From assembly GCF_033153115.1 (NCBI RefSeq), contig NW_026889778.1, positions 44,764,001-44,828,000 on the forward strand: a DNA stretch of 64,000 nucleotides. Reading direction: 5' to 3'. Positions within the stretch are counted from its first letter, which is position 1, and each line of letters starts with the position of its first letter. The translations under genes were made by a program, and so were the position numbers. Positions 11,853 to 27,038 of the stretch are shown here, one piece after another. The DNA is from Saccostrea echinata (taxonomy: Eukaryota). A model generated the notes under the pieces. It was not told the origin of the DNA. It saw only the letters and a program-made list of their open reading frames with translations, and did no database searches.

Positions 11853-12644
11853 AATTTTTTTGTCCTGTTTTCTACAACTGATGTGAACGACGTTATCGAC
11901 GATAAGGAAATGAATGAAATCACCTCCGCCGATGGCCTTATTTGAGTGGCGGCGAGCGCGGACCTCCGTGAAAACTCCCCAATTGTCGACAGCGTAGAGG
12001 ATTGAACTCGTCAAACCTGTGTTTCAATACCTATTATTTTTCCGATATTGTCCTCCCAATTTCACTTAATTTTCTCAGATATATCACTGTGCGTTGTCTT
12101 GAAATATTTTCCTCCACAACTGTTATAATTGTTTAAGGTTCTTAATCTGTCATTTTAAAAGAGGAATTGTCTGTTGATTCTGAAAATGCGCTGTTTCCTG
12201 GACCCAGAAGCGACTAATTTTGATTAAAAACACGAGCACAATGGATACTGATGTGTGCCTTGCATTTCATATGGAATGGAGAAAAAAAGCCCGGTCGGGG
12301 TCATATGAATAGAAATCACGGAATCCCACATATTCTTCCATGTTCAAATATATATATGTACTTTCTAGATCAGTGGATTTTCACCCCCCCCCCCCCCACA
12401 CACCCCCCCCCCCACCTCCTTAAAGGGACAACATATAATTTCTTTTCGAATATTTAAATTCATAACACCTACTATATAATTATAACAATGGGGACACCGG
12501 GAAGATCCAGGCCGTACATAACGCACCACATTCGGTGGTACAACGTCTGAATTTCTCAGTATAATTATATCATAAGAATATACATAACTGACATTCTTGT
12601 AAATTACATGAAAAAAAAATCACATAAAAGGGACGTGTACTTAA

Positions 12645-14038
12645 AAGCGATTCTCTGTAACCACTTAAACTTCTTTGCCACGCATGGTCACCGATTTTGA
12701 TGAAACTTTGCCCATTATTACAACTTGACACCAGAAACATATATCAAATAAAATTTCGTTGCTATGTGTCTTGGTTGCCATGGTGACAGCCAGAAAAGTT
12801 GAAAAAATTGAGATTTTCAACTACTTCAAATCTTCATTAAGCTTTAATAAAGACTAAGAAAAACAAACAAACCATTCTCCCAAAAACATGACACCTTGTT
12901 TACTAAATTTACTAACCTTTTTATCGAGAAACTTTTTATTTGACTCACTTTGAATAGTACTTATCTGGCAGAACTAAAGTTGAATATCATATATTTGTAA
13001 CATTGTAAATTAATTTTGTAAAATTTACTATGTGACAGATTGTTATAGATAAGTTTAAATTGGTAAATTTTAAACTTTTAATGTAACATATTGATAAAGT
13101 TTGTTGAAAAATACAACACTGTTGCTATGGTTACCAAGAAGAGAAAATGTTCGATTTTGTTAATTTTATGTCAATATTAGACCCTTTGTGCCAGTTTTTT
13201 GCATCCAGTTAGAGATTGGGTGGTAGTCAAAATTGAAAGTCAGGTTAGTTGTTCACATATATCAATCATTAAAGTTTTGGGAATCTACATACAAAGGGTA
13301 CGTATCCAAGGAAACAGAGTATTTTTCAGATTTTTATGCATGTTTTTTCGCCTTATTTCCATAGCAACGCAATATTTAAAGAATTGAAATTGAATTTTTT
13401 GAAATGTGAAAATTAGGGTCACACCAAGGCCTTTAAAAATTGATCATCAGTTATATAAAAATATGCTTTTAAAAAAGATAGGATAAGATTAAAACACTAA
13501 GAGAGTAAATTCAAAATCCCTTCGAGGTATTAAAACCATGGCAACCATTGCCAACCTATAAGAAATATCATATTTCGTCCTTGGTATATGTTACAAGGAT
13601 CTCTTGTCTATTATTTGCTTGCCTTTCAACCTATAATTGTTTTTCATTCTTAAGTGTACAGTATGACTTTATAAGATTAAATGAACAAAATGATTACTTT
13701 TGAATACTTTGTTTCCATAGTAACGTATGTTATAGTTGATTTACCAAACATGTTTGTCATGCATTTAAGACATCAGACCTTCAACTTTCAGAAACAATCA
13801 TTGCCACTTGTTTGCTTTGCTGCAAACATTAACTGTGGGACTCTGAACATGTTGAAAAATGCCATTTTTCAAACTTTAGGACATGTTGCTATGGTAACCA
13901 TGACACATAGCAACCCATTTTTGCCTGATTTGAGTTTACGGTATCAAAGACTTTTATCATAGAGAGTTTGGAGAAATTCTGAGACTTTGCGTGCCACAGC
14001 TCCTATATAAAAGTTCAAGTCATTACAGAGAATGGCTC
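12645..14038. mobile_element. Non-autonomous Kolobok-like DNA transposon in the U0 H1-H2A spacer
   Basis: TTAA duplicated (12641-12644, 14039-14042) at a site with a single TTAA in other units; imperfect 28-bp TIR AAGCGATTCTCTGTAACCACTTAAACTT / AAGTTCAAGTCATTACAGAGAATGGCTC; RR..YY termini favour Kolobok over piggyBac. Confidence 0.85.
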
Positions 14039-15247
14039 TTAATAATTGTAGAACACTCATTTAATTCGTAGTTATACAAAAGAAAGAGAGAGGAGGGACA
14101 AGGCGAATAATGGGAGTAGCTTATTCATTGATATTAATTTGTTTCTTGTAATTTACACACACAAAAAATTTAGTAAATAAACAGAATATGGTCAAAATCC
14201 AATGTATTTAAAATCTATAACTTTCAAGTTGAACAAGACAACCAGTATATATAATACAAGACAATACATTGATACAAGCATCAAATTGGTTGCACACTTT
14301 TCTCGTGCAGATCATGCATGAGTCCCTGCATCTATATGTCACGTGAAGATGCAGATGTGCTGCACGGCGCAGTGATGGACATCGTAATAAATGTAAAGTG
14401 TTGAAAAAAATGTCGTTTAGTCATTCGCATCGGTAGTCTATTCGAAAGAAAATTTACTACCAGTTTTTAATTGTGTTAGTACTGTAAGTATCCGGAAACT
14501 GGCATCGAGTTGCTTTTATTCACTCTTATTATGGGAAGCCCACTTTTTTGAATAAGAACATTCAAGACATAATATAAACCACATCTTCTTTTTCTTATGA
14601 GATTCTTATATTCATAACTTTTATCTATTTTATCAATTAGGAATTTTGTCTAAATAATCATCATATAAAACAATAGCGAGGGGAAAAAAAAAAAGAAACA
14701 TTAAGGATTTAACTGGAGTTACAGATCTTTTGAATATGTTAATAAAATAATGATCATATTTAAAAATATTTGTATTAAAGGAAACATTGAAAGTTAGATC
14801 GCCATGTTAGATGATTTTCGCAGTTTCTAGTCTTAATTGGTCAATGAAATGTTGTTATTTTTTTTTTTCTTATCTCTTTGTTGAGTAAGCATTCAAGTAA
14901 TAAGTGAGAATTCAACATTTGTACACAGGCCTATAAGGTATGGATTCAACTGCCTATAACGAGAAAGAAAAACGTACATACGAATATGCATGCAAGTCAA
15001 TTTTCAATTTATTGCTTTTCTTATTGACATAATACATTTATTCATCATTAAATATATACACTATCTTTGATGTTTGATCTCTTTTCTGTGTAGAAAATTA
15101 TTGAATTCGTGTGTTTCTATTATTTTCTAGCTATAATTGTTTACGTTTCAGCTCGTTTGTAATGTAGGTATCTTTTCGAAAAGCTTATGTGGCCGTGAAA
15201 ACGGCCGTTTGGTTTTGTTCTGCACACAACACAACTATAGGATCATT

Positions 15248-15840
<593 letters not shown>

Positions 15841-16880
15841 TCTCATTTTGCAAGTATACACATCAAACGGCCCTTTTAAGGGCCACCTAATTTTTAGAAA
15901 AGATACCTTCATATTACATGCGTTATTGAGACACAAATAATATGTATGAGTGTTACAATGTGAATGCATGTGCTCGTAAAAGTGGCAAACGTATAAAAAT
16001 TCCCACATTGTTTACAGCTGGTTATAATAACAGAAGTAGGATAAATAAATGTAATACAAGTAGGTATTATTATATGTATGAGAGCCAAATTTTATTCACA
16101 AATAACTTGAATGTACAACCAAACACATATCTGAAATAACTGTATCTTCAAATATAAATAAAATACAAGCATGCGAGGTCCATCTGATGTACACAAAATC
16201 CTGGTTCATTTGTCCTCTGTATACTGAATTAATTATCAGCGTACACTATATAATTGATAATAAAGTATCTCATTCAGCTAATATCAATGAAACAGATAAA
16301 TAAATTCAAGAACCCTCCCCCCTTCATTTGACATATTGGAATTTTCAATCAGTAATTATACATCAATAAAAGTGCAATGACCAAATGCGATAATTGTACA
16401 TTGACAATTAATTGTCTAACATTGGTCATGTCACTCAGCGCCAGTTGGTACTTGTCATTGTCGGTAGATCGATCACTCAAAATAATACTCAAGACAGCGG
16501 CATTATTATTTTAATATATGATTATAATAATATAAAAAAAAATTAAATAATATATACTGTTAGTGCTTGTATGTGTGTGTTTATTCTATATTTCTTGTCC
16601 AAACCTAAATTCAATACATATTTGTTGCTCTGTATATAGTTTTGAGGAAATATTACGACATAAGGGGTCTTACTCTGTTATTGTTGTGTATTTATTTTAC
16701 CACTTACAACCATTCTTTATTCAACTTTGTACAGTGAATATCTGTATAACATGTACTCAGTAAGTAAATGTCTGTCTTCACGATGTTTTAGAGGCATCTT
16801 TTCGAAAAAATTTGGGTGGCCGTGATAACGGCCGTTTGTGTTTATTTTGAACTTCTGTCTTGACTGTCAAACTGAATTCT

Positions 16881-17201
<321 letters not shown>

Positions 17202-18575
17202 TCAGTCAGTAGTACTGTCCTAATAAACTGATCATGCGTAATTGCCTAATTTATAGTCCAAATTGAGGACCCGTGAGAGCGCACGATGCTTTGAAAAGTT
17301 CGGAACGTTACCAAAGCGGTATTATGACAAGCTTTACGATTGGTCAGCTTGGCATAATCGGAATGTTTACATTTCTTGCCCCAGGAGAATTTCAACCACA
17401 TTTAATTAATTTTAATTCTTGAATTTCTTCACATATAGGCAAGTTTATGTTCAATTTATTCACCTAAACCAAAATATTGGTACGTGGAGGTACATATATA
17501 TACATTTTATACAAACTGGTATACAAAAAAAAAACATGACAGAAAATGAATAAAAATGATAAAGAGAGAGAGGGGAATTATATCAAGCAGGACAGACAGC
17601 ATCATAAATTTTTAGGATAAACATACACAATTTTTTGTTTTGTTGTTTTTTTTATTTCAGTATTTTTTGCTCTGAGTTTAACAAAATAAATACCGTTGTT
17701 GCCGAATGATAATTAAAACGTGTGTGTGTGAGGGGTAGGGGGGGGGGGGATTAAGTTATTCAAAGGAAAGGGGTGTGACAGATAAAACCGAAATAATACA
17801 AAACGTAGAAGCTGAATGAAACTTTTGATTAAAATTCATTTATGATATCTAGTTATAGATGTGATAATTTATTGATTTCCTCTTTTCTCAATTAATTTTC
17901 AAAGGCAACTTTAAGCAGTGACCAAACCGGCTCTATAAATGAGCCTTTTTCATTTAATTATACGCCACGTTAAAATGAATATCATTATATTTGACGTTGT
18001 TTTAAAATCAATAAAAATCATACTTTGAATATTAATGAAATACGGAATTGCAGTTCTGAAATGCATGTACTCGCATATGTGCATAGCTGTAGAACTAATG
18101 AGCTAAAGTTGTGATACTGTTATTAGTTTTTGCTTCGACACATTCCACCTTCTTCCATTTAAATAATTGTGCTATTTTCTAATTTATTTCGCAAAATTCT
18201 TGAATGTATTCTAGAGGGGCAGGTTGATGGACTTGTACAAAAAATGGTTTCAAGATGTGTAGACACCTTCTACAACAAATTGATGATGACAATAATACTA
18301 TGAAATTGTCTAGCATTGTGCTCTTTCATAATTTATGTAATTATATATATGTAAGGCACAGACATACTCACTGAAGGATGTATTGTGTCTCAACATTTTG
18401 TTTTTCAATTTGGGGGCATTATACGCCGAATTTGATAAAATTTATTAATTTCGGCCAAATAATTCAACATTGTTTTCAGAGATGTTTCAACGTCTGAACA
18501 GAAGGCATCTTTTCGAAGAATGTAGGTGGCCGTGAAAACGGCCGTTTGCTTTAGGACTTGAAATACAGCTTAAAA

Positions 18576-18995
<420 letters not shown>

Positions 18996-19711
18996 TCAGA
19001 TTATTCAAACTCGAATGAATGAAGTGGCAGTGTTGCGCCGTGAACTTATATATCTTTGTAAGCTCAAGTTGAAAATCGCTGCGGTCTATCAGTCGGCTTA
19101 GTCGATTGGCTGGTGCCCGCAGTAACACTCGCTACGATTAGTCAGGTGAACGAGATGACCATTGGCTACGTCTGAAGGTAGTTTCAATCCACAGAATTGC
19201 CCCAAAAGAAAAAGAAAATCAAGTCGGTTTTTGACACATGATTTCGCTGCAGATACATATAGTCAAATATTTTTTTTAAAATATATATATGGTGAATAAT
19301 GGGGATGAATGTGACGTCAATTGAATAGAAAATAGAATTATTTATTATATATATACATATATTTTCAATTCGTTATTGAAGCAAAATGCATTTTCGAGAA
19401 ATATATATTATATATTTCTTGTCATTATTTCCTCCTACCATTATCTGAACAAGCCCAGTAATATTACTAAGTATCATGATACTTGCAGATAATCAGAATG
19501 GTGCATATAGGATGAACAGGAATTACCCTGTTGCAAAAACAAGAACAAAACAAATAATACAAATAAATGAATAATTAATTAAATGAATGAATAATTAAAT
19601 AAATGAATGAATGAATAAATGAAAAGAATAAATAAATGAAAAGAATAAGAATGTATGTATCTGTCTTTCAATAGGTACGCATGAACTTTTATTCCATTCG
19701 TTCCACATTTG

Positions 19712-19898
19712 NNNNNNNNNNNNNNNNNNNNNNNNNNNNNNNNNNNNNNNNNNNNNNNNNNNNNNNNNNNNNNNNNNNNNNNNNNNNNNNNNNNNNNNNN
19801 NNNNNNNNNNNNNNNNNNNNNNNNNNNNNNNNNNNNNNNNNNNNNNNNNNNNNNNNNNNNNNNNNNNNNNNNNNNNNNNNNNNNNNNNNNNNNNNNNN
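19712..19898. other. N block, 187 bp; recurs at 25917-26127, 32664-32873, 39424-39601, 47631-47807, 55832-56008
   Basis: Same flanks each time (CCACATTT ... TAATAATAATGGCC). Confidence 0.95.
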
Positions 19899-20219
19899 CT
19901 AATAATAATGGCCATATAGTTAGCGTAGGCGTTGTGATGTGGAAAAAGTAAAATTTTATTTACTTGAGGGAGGGTATGTAAACAAATTAAAAACTGACTT
20001 TTGTTTCTTCTTCTTCTCAGAAACAGCATGTTAATATTATCATGACTTTGCAATTTGCTTCCAGTCGAAGACAAATAAACTATGTGTAATAGGTAAGTGT
20101 ACTTCTTGTTTATTCATTTTGTGTTTCCATTAGTACATGTATGTAATAGAGGCATCTTTTCTAAAAATGTTGGTAGCCCTGAAAAGGGCTTTTGTAATTG
20201 GTTTAAGACAATTGGCAGT

Positions 20220-20654
20220 CTACGCCTTGGTGGCTTTCTTTGCGGTCTTTGACTTCTTGGCTGTGGCTTTCTTGGGCGCTTTGGTTTTCGTAGGCTTTGG
20301 AGCTGCCTTGGCTTTCTTGGGAGACTTAGTAGCTGCTTTCTTCTTGGGAGACTTGGCCTTCTTGGGTGCTGCAGGTTTCTTAACAGCCTTTTTCTTTTCT
20401 GTTGGCTTTTTCTCCCCGGTTGTCTTCTTGGGTTTGGTCGTTTTCTTGGGCTTGGCAGCCTTAGGTTTGGTGACTTTTTTGGTCTTGGGTTTCTTCTCCG
20501 TCTTGGGCTTCTCTCCCAGCTTGAAGGAACCACTGGCACCTGTACCCTTGGCCTGTTTGAGAACTCCCTTCTTGACTCCGTTCTTGAGGGCCATCTTCAG
20601 ATGGGTGTTGACACTAGAGGCGTCATTACCGACTTTGTAGTTGCCCATGATGTA
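20220..20654 (-). pseudogene. H1: Histone H1 (U1), 5'-truncated
   Basis: Homology stops at YIMGNY; N-tail, start of the globular domain and promoter deleted. Confidence 0.92.
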
Positions 20655-21029
20655 TAATATGTATCATATAAAACAATAGCGAGGGGAAAAAAAATATATT
20701 AGGCCTATAAGGTTTGGATTCAACTGCCTATAACGAGAAAGAAAAAACGTACATATACGAATATACATGCGAGTCAATTTTAAAATTTATTGCTTTTGTT
20801 ATTAACTTAATACATTTATTTATCATTAAATATATAACACTTTCTTTGATGTTTGATCTCTGTTCTGTGTTGAAAATTATTGAATTCGTGTGTTTCTATT
20901 ATTTTCTAGCTATAATAATTGTTTACGTTTCAACTCGTTTGTAATGTAGGTATCTTTTCGAAAAGCTTATGTGGCCGTGAAAACGGCCGTTTGGTTTTGT
21001 GCTGCACACAACACAACTATAGGATCTTT

Positions 21030-21416
<387 letters not shown>

Positions 21417-21662
21417 TTATGTTCTTTCGTGTACAGTCAACGAATAATCCAGCGACGCCCGCACGCACCAATTTAAACAACCAAGCGGATCCAACGGTGC
21501 AGCCAATTAACGCGTCGCTCTGTTGTGCCTTTAGGTGAAATCCGAACAAGTAATGTTTTCTCGGAGGTCCGTAACAAGCTTCTCCTCCTACTCGCATATA
21601 AATAGTAAATTTTACCATTTTACTTTATTCATCTCTTCAGTTTGACCTGTCAACTTGAGATC

Positions 21663-22034
21663 ATGCCACCCAAAGTCGGATCCAAAGGCGCCAAGAAAGC
21701 AGTCACCAAGGCCAAGACACCGAGGAGCACAGACAAGAAAAGGAGGAAGAGGAGGAGGGAATCTTATGCCATTTACATCTACAAAGTCCTAAAGCAGGTG
21801 CACCCTGACACTGGTGTTTCCAGCAAGGCCATGAGCATAATGAACTCCTTCGTCAACGATATCTTTGAGAGAATCGCTGCCGAAGCCTCTCGTTTGGCCC
21901 ACTACAACAAGCGATCTACAATCACAAGCAGAGAGGTCCAGACTGCTGTCCGTCTCCTTCTGCCCGGTGAACTGGCCAAGCACGCCGTATCTGAGGGCAC
22001 CAAAGCCGTCACCAAGTACACCAGCAGCAAATAA
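21663..22034 (+). CDS. H2B: Histone H2B (U1)
   Basis: ATG at 21663, 123 aa; TATA and stem-loop. Confidence 0.98.
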   Translation: MPPKVGSKGAKKAVTKAKTPRSTDKKRRKRRRESYAIYIYKVLKQVHPDTGVSSKAMSIMNSFVNDIFERIAAEASRLAHYNKRSTITSREVQTAVRLLLPGELAKHAVSEGTKAVTKYTSSK

Positions 22035-23043
22035 TCTCATTTTGCAAGTACACACACCAAACGGCCCTTTTAAGGGCCAACTAATTTTTTAGAAAAGATA
22101 CCTTCATATTACATGCGTTATTGAGACACAAATAATATGTATGAGTGTTACAATGTGAATGCATGTGCTCGTAAAAGTGGCAAACGTATAAAAATCCCAC
22201 ATTGTTTACAACTGATTATAATAACAGAAGTAGGATAAATAAAGAAATACAAGTAGGTATTATTATATGTATGAGAGCCAAATTTTATTTACAAATAACT
22301 TGAATGTACAACCAAGCACATATCTGAAATAACTGTATCTTCAAATATAAATAAAATACAAGCATGCGAGGTCCATCTGATGTACACAAAATCCTGGTTC
22401 ATTTGTCCTCTGTATACTGAATTAATTATCAGCGTACATTATATAATTGATAATAAAGTATCTCAATTCAGCTAATATCAATGAAACAGATAAATAAATT
22501 CAAGACCCCCCCCCTCCCCTTTCTTTGACATTGACATATTGGAATTTTCAATCAGTAATTATACATCAATAAAAGTGCAATGACCAAAATGCGATAATTA
22601 TACATTGACAATTAATTGTCTAACATTAGTCATAATTGTTAAACAAGAAAAAAAAAGCATGTCACTCAGCGCCAGTTGGTACCTGTCATTGTCGGTAGAT
22701 CATAAAAAAAAAAAAATTAAATAATATATACTGTTTGTGTGTGTTTATTCAATATTTCTTGTCCAAACCTAAATTCAATACATATTTGTTGCTCTGTATA
22801 TAGTTTTGAGGAAATATTACGACATAAAGGGTCTTACTCTGTTATTGTTGTGTATTTATTTTACCACTTACAACCATTCTGTATTCAACTTTGTACAGTG
22901 AATATCTGTATAACAAGTACTCAGTAAGTAAATGTCTGTCTTAACGATGTTTTAGAGGCATCTTTTCGAAAAATTTGGGTGGCCGTGATAACGGCCGTTT
23001 GTGTTTGTTTTAAACTTCTGTCTTGACTGTCAAACTGAATTCT

Positions 23044-23364
<321 letters not shown>

Positions 23365-24757
23365 TCAGTCAGTAGTACTGTTCTGATGTACTGATCATGC
23401 GTAATTGCCTAATTTATAGTCCAAATTGAGGACCCGTGAGAGCGCACGATGCTTTGAAAAGTTCGGAACGTTACCAAAGCGGTATTGTGACAAGCTTTAC
23501 GATTGGTCAGCTTGGCATGATGGGAATGTTTACATTTCTTGCCCCACAGGAATTTTAACCACATTTAATTAATTTTGATTCTTTAATTTCTTCACATATA
23601 GGCAAGTTTATGTTCAATTTATTCACCTAAACCAAAATATTGGTACGTGGAGGTACATATATACATTTTATACAAACTGGTATACAAAACAAAAAAAAAA
23701 AAAAAAAAAAAAACATGACAGAAAATGAATAAAAATGATAAAGAGAGAGAGAGGGGAATTATATCAAGCAGGACAGACAGCATCATAATTTTTTAGGATA
23801 AACATACACAATTTTTTGTTTTGTTGTTGTTATTTTTTTATTTCAGTATTTTTTGCTTTGAGTATAACAAAATAAATACCGTTGTTGCCGAATGATAATT
23901 AAAACGTGGGTGGGTGGGTGGGGATTAAGTTATTCAAAGGAAAGGGGTGTGACAGATAACACCGAAATAATACAAAATGTAGAAGCTGAATGAAACTTTT
24001 GATTCTCATTCATTTATGATATCTAGTTATAGATGTGATAATTTATTTGATTTCCTCTTTTCTCAGTTAATTTTCAAAGGCAACTTTAAGCAGTGACCAA
24101 ACCGGCTTTATAAATGAGCCTTTTTCATTTTATTACACGCCACGTTAGAATGAATATCGTTATATTTGACGTTGTTTAGAAATCAATAAAAATCATACTT
24201 TGAATATAAATGAAATACGGAATTGCAGTTCTGAAATGCATGTACTCGCATATGTGCATAGCTGTAGAACTAATGAGATAGAGTTGTAATACTGTTATTA
24301 TTTTTTGCTTCGACACATTCCATCATTTTCTATTTAAATAATTGTGCTATTTTCTAATTTATTTCGCAAAATTCTTGAATGTATTCTAGAGGGGCAGGTT
24401 GATGGACTTGTACAAAATATAGTTTCAAGATGTGTAGACAACTTCTACAACAAATTGATGATGACAATAATACTATGAAATTGTCTAGCATTGTGCTCTT
24501 TCATAATTTATGTAATTATATATATGTAAGGCACAGATATATTCACTGAAGGATGTATTGTGTCTCAACATTTTTTTTTTTTTTCCCCAATTTGGGGGCA
24601 TTGTACGCCGAATTTGATAAAATTTATTAATTTCGGCCAAATAATTCAACATTATTTTCAGAGATGTTTCAACGTCTGAACAGAAGGCATCTTTTCGAAG
24701 AATGTAGGTGGCCGTGAAAACGGCCGTTTGCTTTAGGACTTGAAATACAGCTTAAAA

Positions 24758-25177
<420 letters not shown>

Positions 25178-26450
25178 TCAGATTATTCAAACTCGAATGA
25201 ATGAAGTAGCAGTGTTGCACCGTGAACTTATATATCTTTGTAAGCTCAAGTTGAAAATCGCTGCGGTCTACCAGTCGGCTTAGTCGATTGGCTGGTGCCC
25301 GCAGTAACACTCGCTACGATTAGTCAGGTGAACGAGATGACCATTGGCTACGTCTGTAGGTAGTTTCAATCCACAGAATTGCCCCAAAAGAAAAAGAAAA
25401 TCAAGTCGGTTTTTGACACATGATTTCACTGCAGATACATATAGTCAAATATTTTTTTTTTTAAATATATATATGGTGAATAATGGGGATGAATGTAACG
25501 TCAATTGAATAGAAAATAGAATTATTTATTATATATATATACATATATTTTCAATTCGTTATTGAAGCAAAATGCATTTTCGAAAAATATATATTATATA
25601 TTTCTTGTCATTATTTCCTCCTACCATTATCTGAACAAGCCCAGTAATATTACTAAGTATCATGATACTTGCAGATAATCAGAATGGTGCATATAGGATG
25701 AACAGGAATTACCCTGTTGCAAAAACAAGAACAAAACAAATAATACAAATAAATGAATAATTAATTAAATGAATGAATAATTAATTAAATGAATGAATAA
25801 TTAAATAAATGAATGAATGAATAAATGAAAAGAATAAATAAATGAAACGAATAAGAATGTATGTATCTGTCTTTCAATAGGTACGCATAAACTTTTATTC
25901 CATTCGTTCCACATTTNNNNNNNNNNNNNNNNNNNNNNNNNNNNNNNNNNNNNNNNNNNNNNNNNNNNNNNNNNNNNNNNNNNNNNNNNNNNNNNNNNNN
26001 NNNNNNNNNNNNNNNNNNNNNNNNNNNNNNNNNNNNNNNNNNNNNNNNNNNNNNNNNNNNNNNNNNNNNNNNNNNNNNNNNNNNNNNNNNNNNNNNNNNN
26101 NNNNNNNNNNNNNNNNNNNNNNNNNNNCACTAATAATAATGGCCATATAGTTAGCGTAGGCGTTGTGATGTGGAAAAAGTAAAATTTTATTTACTTGAGG
26201 GAGGGTATGTAAACAAATTAAAAACTGACTTTTGTTTCTTCTTCTTCTCAGAAACAGCATGTTAATATTATCATGACTTTGCAATTTGCTTCCAGTCGAA
26301 GACAAATAAACTATGTGTAATAGGTAAGTGTACTTCTTGTTTATTCATTTTGTGTTTCCATTAGTACATGTATGTAATAGAGGCATCTTTTCTAAAAATG
26401 TTGGTAGCCCTGAAAAGGGCTTTTGTAATTGGTTTAAGACAATTGGCAGT

Positions 26451-27038
26451 CTACGCCTTGGTGGCTTTCTTTGGGGTTTTTGACTTCTTGGCTGTGGCTT
26501 TCTTGGGCGCTTTGGTTTTCGTAGGCTTTGGAGCTGCCTTGGCTTTCTTGGGAGACTTAGTAGCTGCTTTCTTCTTGGGAGACTTGGCCTTCTTGGGTGC
26601 TGCAGGTTTCTTAACAGCCTTTTTCTTTTCTGTTGGCTTTTTCTCCCCGGTTGTCTTCTTGGGTTTGGTCGTTTTCTTGGGCTTGGCAGCCTTAGGTTTG
26701 GTGACTTTTTTGGTCTTGGGTTTCTTCTCCGTCTTGGGCTTCTCTCCCAGCTTGAAGGAACCACTGGCACCTGTACCCTTGGCCTGTTTGAGAACTCCCT
26801 TCTTGACTCCGTTCTTGAGGGCCATCTTCAGATGGGTGTTGACACTAGAGGCGTCATTACCGACTTTGTAGTTGCCCATGATGTACTTGAGAATAGCTTG
26901 TCTCGAGGAACCTCCGCGCTCCTTCAGGGCAGCCACAGCAGCGCTGATCATCTCGATGTACTTGGGATGGGCGGGAACCGTCTTGGGTTTGGAAACCTTC
27001 TTCTTGGCGGGGGATTTTGCTGGTGCGGCGTCTGCCAT
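26451..27038 (-). CDS. H1: Histone H1 (U2)
   Basis: 195 aa from MADAAPAK; winged-helix globular domain and Lys-rich tail. Confidence 0.97.
   Translation of the reverse strand: MADAAPAKSPAKKKVSKPKTVPAHPKYIEMISAAVAALKERGGSSRQAILKYIMGNYKVGNDASSVNTHLKMALKNGVKKGVLKQAKGTGASGSFKLGEKPKTEKKPKTKKVTKPKAAKPKKTTKPKKTTGEKKPTEKKKAVKKPAAPKKAKSPKKKAATKSPKKAKAAPKPTKTKAPKKATAKKSKTPKKATKA

Noticed and set aside
17924-17950. GGCTC-TATAAAT-GAGCC stem-loop look-alike in the H4-H3 spacer
   Set aside because: Wrong stem and loop length, no downstream element, pairing broken in intact units
19595-20074. ORFs spanning N blocks
   Set aside because: Open only because Ns contain no stop codons
21642-21662. MTCQLEI extension of H2B
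   Set aside because: TTG-start artefact in the 5' UTR
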